DNA of 57,934 nucleotides from Dehalococcoidia bacterium (GTDB lineage Bacteria > Chloroflexota > Dehalococcoidia > GIF9 > UBA5629). Location of the stretch: positions 1 to 57,934 of the forward strand of contig JAQUQM010000002.1 of assembly GCA_028716085.1 (NCBI GenBank), read 5' to 3'. A program made the position numbers and the translations under genes. Below, one piece after another: positions 1 through 9,352 of the stretch. The notes beneath the pieces were generated by a model, which was not told the origin of the DNA, did no database searches, and saw nothing but the letters and a program-made list of their open reading frames with translations. Every line of letters starts with the position of its first letter. The stretch's first letter is position 1.

Positions 1-2
1 CC

Positions 3-242
3 AAGCATGCGCAGGCCTCGCGGGTTGAAGTAATTCTGAGCTTCGAGGGGCCGCATATAGATTTGATGATTAAAGATAACGGTGTTGGATTTGAGCTCGG
101 CCCGGATGGTAAAATCGGCAAGGCCGGAGGTTACGGGCTGATAAGTATGCGGGAGAGGACTCTCGGGCAGGGAGGAACATTTGAGGTGGAAAGCGAAAAG
201 GATGCAGGCACCATGATCAAAGTCACCATCCCACTGGTTTAG
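3..242 (+). CDS. Sensor histidine kinase, C-terminal fragment (HATPase_c; 5' end outside window)
   Basis: Frame 3 reads ...LMIKDNGVGFELG...GGYGLISMRERTLGQGGTFEVESEKDAGTMIKVTIPLV*, giving the G1 (DNGxG) and G2 (GYGLxxMRER) boxes typical of NarX/DegS/LiaS-class kinases. Stop TAG at 240-242 lies 11 nt upstream of a NarL-type regulator gene. Confidence 0.8.
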   Translation, partial: KHAQASRVEVILSFEGPHIDLMIKDNGVGFELGPDGKIGKAGGYGLISMRERTLGQGGTFEVESEKDAGTMIKVTIPLV

Positions 243-253
243 GAGGCAGGCTC

Positions 254-898
254 GTGGACGTAATTAAAATAGTAATTGTAGACGATCACCCGGTGGTGCG
301 GGAAGGCATCAGCTCCATGCTGAAAAAAGAACCCGATTTTAAAATTGTGGGTGAGGCCTCCAACGGACTGGAGGCTGTGGAGAAAGTAAGGGAATTAGCT
401 CCCGATGTCGTCCTCATGGACCTGCGCATGCCGGACCTTGACGGCGTGGAGGCCATGATCAGGATCAAGGCTGAAAACAGCGATGTAAAGTTCATCATTC
501 TCACTACATTTTCCGATGATGAGTATATTTTCCGCGGCATAGCAGCGGGCGCGAGGGCATACCTGCTGAAAGATGCGCCGCGGGAAGAGCTGTTTAAGGC
601 CATCAGGGCGGTTTCCAGGGGCGAATCACTGATACAACCCGTAGTTGCCTCCAAAGTCCTGGACAGGCTTTTCGAGCTTTCCAAGAAAACCCCCGCATCC
701 GAGACACTGTCAGACAGGGAAATCGAAGTATTGCAGCTAATGGCGAAGGGTGTTTCCAACAAGGATATCGCCGATCAGCTTTCCATAACGCAGAGCACTG
801 TAAAAACCCACATCACCAGCATCTTCCAGAAACTCGATGTGACCACACGGACGGAAGCGGTTACCAACGCGCTGAAGAAGGGAATCATTAAACTCTAA
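254..898 (+). CDS. NarL/LuxR-family two-component response regulator (REC + LuxR HTH)
   Basis: GTG start. Receiver motifs IVIVDDHP and DVVLMDLRMPDLDG. C-terminal LSDREIEVLQLMAKGVSNKDIADQLSITQSTVKTHITSIFQKL is a LuxR/GerE helix-turn-helix. Directly follows the kinase fragment. Confidence 0.9.
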   Translation: MDVIKIVIVDDHPVVREGISSMLKKEPDFKIVGEASNGLEAVEKVRELAPDVVLMDLRMPDLDGVEAMIRIKAENSDVKFIILTTFSDDEYIFRGIAAGARAYLLKDAPREELFKAIRAVSRGESLIQPVVASKVLDRLFELSKKTPASETLSDREIEVLQLMAKGVSNKDIADQLSITQSTVKTHITSIFQKLDVTTRTEAVTNALKKGIIKL

Positions 899-1020
899 TC
901 ATACTTTAGTATGACCGTCCCCTCATCACAAGGTCTGATTTGTAAGTCAAACCTTTAATATCGGCAAAACCAACCTATATCCTGATTATTCAAACCTGGT
1001 TCATCGGTTAAACTAATGCC

Positions 1021-1890
1021 ATGATAAACATCAGCGAACTTGGAACCAGGAATGAAAACATCGAGATAACCGTCACGGATGTAACGTTCGGCATCGGCGA
1101 GGTCAAGCTCAACGGCCGCCTGCTTTATCCCGAAGTAACGGGTGAAGTGCCGGGCGTAGTGCTGTGCCACGGTTTCGGCACCAATTACAGGACGGTCGAG
1201 CAGCCGGCGCGCATGATTGCAGGCTACGGAATTGCAGTGCTTATTTTTGATTTTCGCGGTCACGGGAAAAGCGACGGATTCGTGGACGAAAATATAGTTG
1301 GCGATGTCATAGACGCCTGGAACTTTCTCTCCGGTTGCCCGGGCATAGATAAGGAACGCATCGGCCTGGCGGGACACAGCATGGGCGCGCTGGCGGCCAT
1401 ACTGGCGAGCAGGGAAATCAAGCCGCGTGCTCTGATAGCCCTCTCCTGCCCTCCTGAAATAGACGGCGATATTTCCAGGCTGTCGTTTGAAGTGCCGCTT
1501 GAGCTGCTTAAAGAGCAAAAAATGATCAATGAATACCCGCGTGACGGATCTCTTCCCTGGGTGAAGGGTCTGGCGGGCATAATATCGCAGGTATGGATGA
1601 GAGTTGCCGGCTACAAAGTACGTGTAGACTGGAGCAAATTCTTTAATATTTTCAGCAGGGCGAAGCTGAGTACGGCGATAAAAGAGCTCGAAGATTGCGC
1701 CATGCTTTTCGTTCACTGCACCGGCGACAGCATAGCACCCTGCAGGACCGCCGTGGCGCTTTACGAGACGGCGGAAGGCCCCAAGGAACTGCTGCTGGCA
1801 GAGGGAGGGTTCCATTCAACCCCGCTGCTGGCCGGCAGGATTCGCAACGACTGGACCGAGTGGATGGCAAATACATTGCGATCCCTTTAG
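1021..1890 (+). CDS. Alpha/beta-fold hydrolase (dienelactone hydrolase/esterase-like)
   Basis: HGFG oxyanion-type motif and GHSMG nucleophile elbow (G-x-S-x-G); late HCTGD and GGFH consistent with acid/His triad members; 289 aa. Substrate unknown. Confidence 0.75.
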   Translation: MINISELGTRNENIEITVTDVTFGIGEVKLNGRLLYPEVTGEVPGVVLCHGFGTNYRTVEQPARMIAGYGIAVLIFDFRGHGKSDGFVDENIVGDVIDAWNFLSGCPGIDKERIGLAGHSMGALAAILASREIKPRALIALSCPPEIDGDISRLSFEVPLELLKEQKMINEYPRDGSLPWVKGLAGIISQVWMRVAGYKVRVDWSKFFNIFSRAKLSTAIKELEDCAMLFVHCTGDSIAPCRTAVALYETAEGPKELLLAEGGFHSTPLLAGRIRNDWTEWMANTLRSL

Positions 1891-1927
1891 TATAAACAAC
1901 AAAATCTTGAAAAAAAGAGGGTGAGAA

Positions 1928-2323
1928 ATGGAAGATACAATAAAAGTACTTATAACCGACGATAACGAGGTGGTCAGAGAAGGACTGAAGAGCATCTTTG
2001 ACAGCCAGAAGGATATTGAAGTTATCGGGCAGGCGGTTGACGGCGTGGACGCCGTGGAAAAGGCGGAAAAACTGCAGCCCGATGTTATTTTGATGGACGG
2101 GCAAATGCCGCGCATGGACGGCCCCGAGGCCATCAGGCGCATTAAGAAGATTATGCCTGATGTCAAGGTGCTGTTCCTGACGGTGTACGGCGATTACGCT
2201 GGCGATGCCCTGGCGGCCGGCGCAAGCTGGTACCTGACTAAGGACTGCCGCAGGCAGGACCTGCTTGAGGCGGTAAGGGCCCTGGCGCAAAGCGCCCGCC
2301 TGAAGGCAAAGCCCGCCGCATAA
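1928..2323 (+). CDS. Stand-alone response-regulator receiver domain protein (CheY-like, no output domain)
   Basis: VLITDDNEVVREGL and DVILMDGQMPRMDG receiver motifs; 131 aa with no DNA-binding domain. RBS-like agagggtgag lies upstream. Confidence 0.8.
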   Translation: MEDTIKVLITDDNEVVREGLKSIFDSQKDIEVIGQAVDGVDAVEKAEKLQPDVILMDGQMPRMDGPEAIRRIKKIMPDVKVLFLTVYGDYAGDALAAGASWYLTKDCRRQDLLEAVRALAQSARLKAKPAA

Positions 2324-2342
2324 ACCCGGTATTGGAAGCTTG

Positions 2343-2380
2343 AAGCCCTGTACTTCGAAGTACAGGGCTTTTCTATTTCT
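2343..2380. terminator. Bidirectional rho-independent terminator between convergent genes
   Basis: Perfect palindrome aagccctgtact-tcga-agtacagggctt (2343-2370) followed by a T-rich tract. It sits between the stop of the + strand REC gene (2323) and the stop of the - strand acyl-CoA ligase gene (2373). Confidence 0.7.
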
Positions 2381-3968
2381 GTTGCCTGGCTGCTTTCTCT
2401 TCTTCGACCAGTGCACGGCGGTCGACCTTGCCGCTGGCAAGCAGCGGCAGCAACGGTCGTATCTCGAACTGCTTGGGTATCTTATAATTTGCCAGGTGTT
2501 TCCTGCACAGCTCACGCAGCTCCTCAGCTTCTACAGCTTTACCGGGCACAGGCATCACATAGGCTTTGCCCACCTCCTGCCAGGTCTCATCCGGGATAGG
2601 GATCACCGTAACAAAAGCTACGGAAGGGTGCTGTTCGATGACCGCTTCGATCTCCCGCGGGTACACATTATAGCCGCCGGACTTGAACATTTCCTTGGTG
2701 CGGCCGACAATCTTTATGTATCCGCGCTGATCCATGGTCGCCAGATCGCCGGATTTGAGCCAGCCATCCTTTGTAATGGTCTCAGCTGTAGCTTCCGGGC
2801 GTCTCCAGTATCCCTTCATAACCAGGTCGCCTTTCATCCATATTTCTCCTACCTGCCCCCTGGCGACCTCCTTGCCGCTGCTGTCCATGAGCTTGATCTT
2901 GAACGGCGGATAGCATTTACCTGCTGTTTGAATCAGGTCTTCCATGGAATCACCGGGCTTTGTATAGGTGATGAAACCCGCGTTCTCAGTCTGGCCATAG
3001 CCGGTCATCAGCAATGCTCCCGTTTTCGATAACCTTTTCACCATCTCCTCCGATGCCGCAGAACCCGCCCAGATGATGGTCTGAAGGCTGGATTGATCGT
3101 AGCTGTCGTAATCAGGCAGCAAAAACTGCAGCATAAACATGGCAGGCACCTGCCCCATGAAGGTGATTTTCTCCTCCTGTATGGTCCTGAGCGTTGCTGC
3201 AGGATCGAAGCGGTCCATCAGTACAACCGTTGCACCCCAGTGCAGGCAGCCCATGGCAAGCTCTACGGCACAGGCGACATGGTTGATGGGGAAGTGTATC
3301 AGCAACTTTCCTTCGCCCCTTTTATTGGTGGGCGCAATGAAATGCTCATTCTGGGCGGCGGCGCTGGAGATGATGTTTTTATGCGTCAACAGCGCACCTT
3401 TGGGCTTGCCTGTCGTGCCGGAAGTATAAATGATCAGGGCCGGGTCGTCTTCCCGGACTTCTTTAATCCGTTGCATCAACTCCGCTTCAAGATGCGAGCG
3501 ATCCCTGGCGAGCTCCTCATCCCAGCTTAACGTCCCTTCCCAGGGATTGTCTATAATCACAAGATGTTCGAGTTCTGGATTTGCAGCTTTCAACGCTATC
3601 ACATCATCCATGTAGTCGCGCATCAGGGCGTCATAGTTTCTGACCACGAATCCCACCTTGGGTTTGGCATCACCCACCATATAGAGGAATTCATCACGCG
3701 TATAGCGCGGATTGAGGCCGAGCCAGATACCTCCCACCATGGCTGTGGCCATGTAAATGTACATGAATTCATCACGCGCCGCCGATAAAGTAACTACCCT
3801 GTCCCCCTTCTTTACCCCCAGTTCAAGCAGCAGCTTTGCTAAATTGGACGTTTTGCCATAGAAATCTCTGTAGGTAATCCTCCTCTCCTTGAATATCAAA
3901 GCCTCTTTTTCGGGATATTTGTCTGCCCATCTCCGTACATATTGCCAGATTAACTTTTCCTCGGCCAT
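2373..3968 (-). CDS. AMP-dependent acyl-CoA synthetase/ligase (long/medium-chain fatty acid-CoA ligase-like)
   Basis: AMP-binding signature IIYTSGTTGKPKGALLTH, plus GWLKSGDLA and IVGRTKEMFKSGGYNVYP motifs of the ANL superfamily; 531 aa. Confidence 0.9.
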   Translation of the reverse strand: MAEEKLIWQYVRRWADKYPEKEALIFKERRITYRDFYGKTSNLAKLLLELGVKKGDRVVTLSAARDEFMYIYMATAMVGGIWLGLNPRYTRDEFLYMVGDAKPKVGFVVRNYDALMRDYMDDVIALKAANPELEHLVIIDNPWEGTLSWDEELARDRSHLEAELMQRIKEVREDDPALIIYTSGTTGKPKGALLTHKNIISSAAAQNEHFIAPTNKRGEGKLLIHFPINHVACAVELAMGCLHWGATVVLMDRFDPAATLRTIQEEKITFMGQVPAMFMLQFLLPDYDSYDQSSLQTIIWAGSAASEEMVKRLSKTGALLMTGYGQTENAGFITYTKPGDSMEDLIQTAGKCYPPFKIKLMDSSGKEVARGQVGEIWMKGDLVMKGYWRRPEATAETITKDGWLKSGDLATMDQRGYIKIVGRTKEMFKSGGYNVYPREIEAVIEQHPSVAFVTVIPIPDETWQEVGKAYVMPVPGKAVEAEELRELCRKHLANYKIPKQFEIRPLLPLLASGKVDRRALVEEEKAARQQK

Positions 3969-4016
3969 TTCAACTACCTCCTTCCTGTAATGATAAGAAC
4001 TGCTTTGCTACGCGGA

Positions 4017-4844
4017 TTACTGCGGGATATCGAACTTGGGAACACCGGCATCCGGTTTATACTGGGGAGGCCTCTTTTCCAAAGCTGCCTGTATGCCTTC
4101 CTGTATATCAGGTGATATCTGGTTCCTCTCCCATAGTTCAGATTCGAAAAGGTACAGGTCCGACATGCGTGCTACCGATGCAGCGTTAACCTGCTTCTTG
4201 CAGATGCGTATGGCTAGCGGGCCCCTGGTCATGATTTTGTGGGCAAGCTCGTAGCTGGCGGGTAATAGCTTGTCGAGGGGGACGACACTGTTCACCATGC
4301 CTATGCGGTACGCCTCAGGCGCATCAACGTGTTCACCGGTCATGATGATTTCCTTGGCCTTTACCGGTCCTAAAAGCGCTACGAATCGCGGTGTCGCTCC
4401 CCAGCTGAGAAACATGCCGAGGTTGGTTTCAGGCACACCCATCCTGGCGTCATCGGCGGCGATCCTGAAATCGCAGTTCATGGCTATGCACAAACCGCCG
4501 CCGATACAATACCCGTTAATAGCCGCTATGGTTATCTGTTCAAGGTTCTCTATGGCGGACATCAAGTCCAGGGAAAACAGCTGCCAGATCCTTTCGTTGG
4601 GAAGTTCTTTCTGGCTTACATGTTCCGTAAGCGCTTCGATACGGAAATCGAAGCCTCCCGAGAAAGCGCGGCCGGCTCCTGTGAAGATTATTACCCGCGT
4701 CTCCAGGTCTGACCTGAATTCTGCCACAAGATCACGCAAGTCCAGGAAAAATTGCGTGTTCAACGTGTTCAACTTATCCGGGCGATTGAATGTGACAAGC
4801 GCAATGCTGTCTTTCTTTTCAACCAGCAGAGTACTGTATGCCAT
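4017..4844 (-). CDS. Enoyl-CoA hydratase/isomerase (crotonase superfamily)
   Basis: FTGAGRAFSGGFDF and INGYCIGGGLCIAMNCDFRIA oxyanion-hole motifs; 275 aa; adjacent to the acyl-CoA ligase. Confidence 0.9.
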   Translation of the reverse strand: MAYSTLLVEKKDSIALVTFNRPDKLNTLNTQFFLDLRDLVAEFRSDLETRVIIFTGAGRAFSGGFDFRIEALTEHVSQKELPNERIWQLFSLDLMSAIENLEQITIAAINGYCIGGGLCIAMNCDFRIAADDARMGVPETNLGMFLSWGATPRFVALLGPVKAKEIIMTGEHVDAPEAYRIGMVNSVVPLDKLLPASYELAHKIMTRGPLAIRICKKQVNAASVARMSDLYLFESELWERNQISPDIQEGIQAALEKRPPQYKPDAGVPKFDIPQ

Positions 4845-4869
4845 AACACTTCCCCTTTCTAACCTGCGG

Positions 4870-6561
4870 TTAGATCAATTTGAATTGCAGCACATCGACT
4901 ATGCCCATATCGGTCAGGCGCAGCTCGGGAATAACCGGCAGCGCAAGGAACGAAAGAATGGCAAAGGGGGCCGGGGGCAATTTACCCAGCGTGGCGGCGA
5001 CTTTTTCCACTTTGTCGTACCGGGCGGATACCTTTTCCGCTGGATCGAGCGAGAGCAGGCCTGCAACAGGAAGGGGAAGCGTGGCGATTACCTTGCCGCC
5101 TTTGACCACGGCCAGCCCGCCGTGCATATCCTCTATGGCCCTGACAGCCGCATAAATATCCTTATCATTCGTGCCCACAACCACAACATTATGGGAATCA
5201 TGGGCGATGGTGGAGGCGATGGCGCCGCTTTTCAGCCCGAATCCTTTGACGATGCCGATCCCGATATTGCCGGTGGCCTTGTGCCTCTCCACCACAACGG
5301 CTTTAAGGAGATCTTTGGCTGTATCAGGTTTAAATAAGCCTTTGGGCAGAGCAACCATCTTCTTTTTGGTCACGATCTGGCCGGGGATGATCTCGATGGC
5401 CGGGAATTGGCTTTGGGTTATTTTAAGCTCGAGATTTTTCAAGCTGAAGGGCTTGATATTCACGGTTTTCAGCAGCCTGGAAGGAGTTTTCTCTGCTAAG
5501 GGACCAAGGTACTTGCCTGCCTTTGCCACCAGCCTGCCGTTGAAGAAAACCATGTCTATAGTAAGCTTTTTCAGGTTTTTAATGGTGACGAGGTTGGCTC
5601 TGGCGCCCGGGGCGACCCTGCCCAGATCGTGCAGCCTGAAGTAGTTGGATGGTATGACCGTCACGAGCTGGATTGCCCTTATGGGGTCAAGCCCCAGCTT
5701 GATGGCCTTCCTGATCACTGCATCGACATCGCCGTCGCTGAGCAGGTCGGAGCAACTGCGGTCGTCCACAACGAACATACAGCGGTGCCAGGTCTTCTCT
5801 GTGACCAGAGGTAGCAATGTTGCCAGGTTCTTCTCGGAGGTGCCTTCCCTGATCATGAGGTTAAGTCCCCGCGCCAGCTTTTCCCTGCCCTCTTCCAGCT
5901 CAGTCGTCTCATGGTCGGAGTATATACCTGCCGATATATAGGCATTCAACTGCCTGCCGCGGAGGCCGGGAGCATGGCCGGCGATAACGTGTCCCCGGGC
6001 TGCTTCTATCTCGTCAATAACAGGTTTGAAGGCGTTGATCACGCCGGGATAATTCATCATCTCACCCACGCCTATATTGTCCTTCCATTTCAGCAGCTTC
6101 TTTATCTCTGCTGCGCCGATGGAGGCCCCGGAGGTCTCCATGTGCGTGGCCGGAACGCAGGACGCGGCCTGAAAGAATATATCCAGCGGCAGGTTACGGG
6201 CGCAGTCCATGACGAACCTGATGCCGTCGAAGCCGGACACATTGGTTATTTCATGCAGGTCGGTCGAAATGGAGGTGACACCGTGAGGCACCACGGCGCG
6301 GGCATACTGGGCCGGATGCAGCATGGAACTTTCGATGTGGATGTGCCCGTTGATGAAGCCTGGTGAAAGGTAATCTCCCTTAAGATCGATGACTTCCCTG
6401 GCTTTTGTATAGTCCCCGATGCCGGCTATATGGCCGTCATAGATTGCCACGTTGCCCTTTTCTATGCTGGTTGTAAAGACGTTGATGATGCGGGCGTTTT
6501 TCAGGACCAGGTCGGCTGCTTTATCTCCGCGGGCGACTGCTATTAAGTCAGAGAGATTCAT
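4870..6561 (-). CDS. ade: Adenine deaminase
   Basis: 563 aa amidohydrolase with PGFINGHIHIESSM metal site, AGHAPG and SDHE motifs, and the length and architecture of bacterial Ade. Followed by hpt. Confidence 0.88.
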   Translation of the reverse strand: MNLSDLIAVARGDKAADLVLKNARIINVFTTSIEKGNVAIYDGHIAGIGDYTKAREVIDLKGDYLSPGFINGHIHIESSMLHPAQYARAVVPHGVTSISTDLHEITNVSGFDGIRFVMDCARNLPLDIFFQAASCVPATHMETSGASIGAAEIKKLLKWKDNIGVGEMMNYPGVINAFKPVIDEIEAARGHVIAGHAPGLRGRQLNAYISAGIYSDHETTELEEGREKLARGLNLMIREGTSEKNLATLLPLVTEKTWHRCMFVVDDRSCSDLLSDGDVDAVIRKAIKLGLDPIRAIQLVTVIPSNYFRLHDLGRVAPGARANLVTIKNLKKLTIDMVFFNGRLVAKAGKYLGPLAEKTPSRLLKTVNIKPFSLKNLELKITQSQFPAIEIIPGQIVTKKKMVALPKGLFKPDTAKDLLKAVVVERHKATGNIGIGIVKGFGLKSGAIASTIAHDSHNVVVVGTNDKDIYAAVRAIEDMHGGLAVVKGGKVIATLPLPVAGLLSLDPAEKVSARYDKVEKVAATLGKLPPAPFAILSFLALPVIPELRLTDMGIVDVLQFKLI

Positions 6562-6584
6562 AATTGACCTCCACCGGATGCGGT

Positions 6585-7103
6585 TTATTCTATATAACAG
6601 ATGTCAGGCAGGTAGCGGTATTTTTCGTTCCAATCTATCCCGTAGCCTACGATAAATTTATCCGGCACCGTGAAGCCCAGGTAATCTATGGATACCGGCA
6701 CTTTATGGCGCGACGGCTTCACCGTGAGCGCGCACAGCCTGAGCGAGGCCGGCTTCTTCTTACGCAGGTATTCCATGAGAAAACCGGTGGTCAGCCCTGT
6801 ATCGACGATGTCCTCGATGACTATGACGTGGCGGCCTTTTACCCTGGCGCTCAGCCTGGTGAGGGCTTTAATTTTTCCCGAGGACTCGGTTCCGCTCCCG
6901 TAGCTCGACAACTTTACGAAGTCGATTTCAAGAGGTGTATGTATATGGCGCACGAGGTCTGCCATGAACATGAAAGAACCTTTGAGTATGCCCACCAGCA
7001 GGGGCCGCTTGCCCTTATAGTCCCGGGTAATTTCGGCCGCCAGCCTGTCGATAGCTTCGGCGATGTTTTCGTAGCTGATGAGGATTTTCAGCTTGGTTGG
7101 CAT
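6585..7103 (-). CDS. hpt: Hypoxanthine(-guanine) phosphoribosyltransferase
   Basis: 172 aa; PRPP-binding motif VIVIEDIVDTGLT, LKGSFMF and the C-terminal GYGIDWNEKYR motif typical of Hpt. Confidence 0.92.
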   Translation of the reverse strand: MPTKLKILISYENIAEAIDRLAAEITRDYKGKRPLLVGILKGSFMFMADLVRHIHTPLEIDFVKLSSYGSGTESSGKIKALTRLSARVKGRHVIVIEDIVDTGLTTGFLMEYLRKKKPASLRLCALTVKPSRHKVPVSIDYLGFTVPDKFIVGYGIDWNEKYRYLPDICYIE

Positions 7104-7161
7104 GAAAGAATTATAGCCAGCGGATGAGGTAATTGTCTATACGGCGCAGAGATAGGTGTGC

Positions 7162-8331
7162 CTATCGCCTGGCAGTCAGCTTCTTAACTGCGTCGCTCAA
7201 CCCGTCTATGGTCAGCTCGAACATGGGGAAGAGCTTGCTGATCATCAAAACCGTGGGGTAGGTGCTGAAGCGGGCACGCTCGGGATTGAGCCACACCACA
7301 TGCGAGAAATGAGATTTGAACTGCCTGAGCCTGTCCAGTCCTGCCATTTTCTGGTAGCCGTGGAAGTATAAATCGCCATAGCGGTCCAATAGCTCAGATT
7401 GCGCCATGCAGGCATCGCCGACAAAAACAACCTTGTAGTCGGGCTCAAGTGTTTTGAGGACGTGTTCGATGGCCTCCCCCTTGCGCTGCTCGATATCCGG
7501 GTATAGTACATCGTAAGGACAATTATGAAAGTAATAGTATTTAAACGATTTGAAATGGTTCAGTGAGTTGGCGGCGGAGAAAAGCTGGCTGCACAGCTCG
7601 GCGTAAGGTTCCATGGAGCCCCCGGCGTCCATGATGAGCAACAGTTTGACGGTATTTTTCCTGGGGCGTTTCCACTTAAACTCAAGTTCGCCGGCGTTCT
7701 TACAGGTCGCATCTATAGTCTGGTCCAGGTCCAGCTCGTCTTCAGGCCCGATGCGGTTGAGCTGCCTTAACTGCTTGAGTGCGACTTTAATCTGCCGCAC
7801 ATCGAGCGTTACATCGCTGCGGTAATTCTGGAAGTACCTGGCCTCGGCGATGCGGACGGCGCTGCGCATACCGTCCATGCCTCCCACCAGGATACCCTGC
7901 GGATTACTACCGGAGTAGCCGAAACGCGATGTGCCGCCGGTCCCGATCCAGTAATCGCCGCCGTCATGGCGCTCCTTTTGCTCGCGTAACCTTTTTTCAA
8001 ATTCCTTGAGCAGCTCCTCGAGGTCCATTTGCTGCATCACTGCCAGTTCTTCCGGTGTGAGCTCCGGGCGCTCCTTGGGATTCTTAAGCCAGGTGAGCAG
8101 TTCTTCCGTTATTTCAATGGGTGGTGCTATACCCCTGAAATACTCCTGGAAGGCCTGGTCGTACTGGTCGAAATGCGTCTCGGTCTTGACCAGGATGGAG
8201 CGCGCCAGGTAATAGAAATCCGTCATGTTGTCGCAGCAGTTTTTGGATAGTGCTTCCATCAGGATCATCCATTCGGTGAGTGAAACGGGCACCTTCTTTT
8301 CTTTCAGCTTATAGAAAAACGGAGTAAACAT
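7162..8331 (-). CDS. VWA domain protein (CoxE-like partner of a MoxR-class ATPase)
   Basis: C-terminal von Willebrand A-like region LLLIMDAGGSMEP (MIDAS-like D-x-G-x-S; the second Ser of the canonical DxSxS is Gly); 389 aa; immediately downstream of the AAA+ gene on the same strand. Confidence 0.72.
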   Translation of the reverse strand: MFTPFFYKLKEKKVPVSLTEWMILMEALSKNCCDNMTDFYYLARSILVKTETHFDQYDQAFQEYFRGIAPPIEITEELLTWLKNPKERPELTPEELAVMQQMDLEELLKEFEKRLREQKERHDGGDYWIGTGGTSRFGYSGSNPQGILVGGMDGMRSAVRIAEARYFQNYRSDVTLDVRQIKVALKQLRQLNRIGPEDELDLDQTIDATCKNAGELEFKWKRPRKNTVKLLLIMDAGGSMEPYAELCSQLFSAANSLNHFKSFKYYYFHNCPYDVLYPDIEQRKGEAIEHVLKTLEPDYKVVFVGDACMAQSELLDRYGDLYFHGYQKMAGLDRLRQFKSHFSHVVWLNPERARFSTYPTVLMISKLFPMFELTIDGLSDAVKKLTARR

Positions 8332-8349
8332 ATTTGTGTACTTATATTA

Positions 8350-9216
8350 CTAATTCCCGTACGTATTCATGCCGCGGTATCCCTGTTTTTTCCTGATGTA
8401 GTGGGAAACGTAGTGATCGAAGTCCGTCTCTTTCTTGATCAGCGTGCCCAGGAAGGGTATCTCGCCTTCTTTGATTTTACCGTCGAGGCCGCTCGCCAGC
8501 AGCGCCTGTATCCAGTCGATGAGCTCGCTGGTCGAGGGCTTCTTGCGGAAATCATCGATTTTGCGCAGTGTATAGAAAGTCTCCAGGGCATCTTTTAAAA
8601 GAGCGTTTTTGATATTGGGGTAGTGTACCTTGACTATCTCTTCCATCAGGGCGGGATCGGGGAACTCGATGTAGTGGAAGATGCACCTGCGTAAAAAGGC
8701 GTCGGGCAATTCCTTTTCGTTATTGCTTGTGATGATGACGATGGGGCGCTGCACGGCCTTGATGGTCTCCTCGGTTTCCGGTATATAGAAACTCATCTCA
8801 TCAAGCTCGTTGAGCAGGTCATTGGGGAACTCCAGGTCCGCCTTGTCTATCTCGTCGATGAGGAGCACAACCTGCACCTTGGTTGTAAAAGCCTGCCCCA
8901 GCTTGCCGAGCTTAATGTAGTGCTTTATATTGGAGACTTCCTTGTCACCGAAGCGGCTGTCATTGAGCCTCTGCACCGTGTCATAGACATAGAGGCCCTC
9001 GGCGGCCTTGGTGGTGGATTTGATATTCCAGCGGATGAGCTCTTTTTCCAGGGCCGAGGCGATGCTGTAGGACAGCAGGGTCTTGCCTGTGCCCGGTTCT
9101 CCCCTGACGAGGAGCGGACGCTGCAGAGTTATGGATACGTTGACCGCGTTTTTAAGCGCGTCCGAGATCACATAATCGCTTGAGCCCTTGAATTGCTCGA
9201 AATTTTTGTTAGCCAT
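8350..9216 (-). CDS. MoxR-class AAA+ ATPase (AAA_5/CoxD-like)
   Basis: Walker A GEPGTGKT, Walker B VVLLIDEIDKA, sensor region ITSNNEKELPDAFLRRC; 288 aa single AAA+ module. Confidence 0.85.
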   Translation of the reverse strand: MANKNFEQFKGSSDYVISDALKNAVNVSITLQRPLLVRGEPGTGKTLLSYSIASALEKELIRWNIKSTTKAAEGLYVYDTVQRLNDSRFGDKEVSNIKHYIKLGKLGQAFTTKVQVVLLIDEIDKADLEFPNDLLNELDEMSFYIPETEETIKAVQRPIVIITSNNEKELPDAFLRRCIFHYIEFPDPALMEEIVKVHYPNIKNALLKDALETFYTLRKIDDFRKKPSTSELIDWIQALLASGLDGKIKEGEIPFLGTLIKKETDFDHYVSHYIRKKQGYRGMNTYGN

Positions 9217-9247
9217 GTTAAAGCCTCCGGAAGAATAAGGAATTTAC

Positions 9248-9279
9248 AATTAAAACCCCCGGTTGTAATAACCGTGGGG
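9248..9279 (-). terminator. Probable rho-independent terminator downstream of the BNR surface-protein gene
   Basis: Minus-strand RNA CCCCACGGUU-AUUAC-AACCGGGGG followed by UUUUAAUU (9-bp stem with one bulged A), located 74 nt after the stop at 9353. Confidence 0.5.
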
Positions 9280-9352
9280 AACTGTATCACAATTTGTCAT
9301 AATTGAATTACATTTTAGGTGATTATCGGTTTAAAAGCAAATCAGGCTCATC

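Noticed and set aside
955-1815. 286-aa minus-strand ORF antisense to the alpha/beta hydrolase gene. Similar long ORFs occur at 1652-2515 (-), 2340-3032 (+), 4270-5337 (+), 6564-7127 (+) and 5911-6366 (+).
   Set aside because: Their translations are low-complexity and Arg/Ala/Pro/Gly-rich with no recognisable motifs. They lie fully antisense or out of frame to genes with strong family signatures. This is the expected artefact of GC-rich coding DNA.
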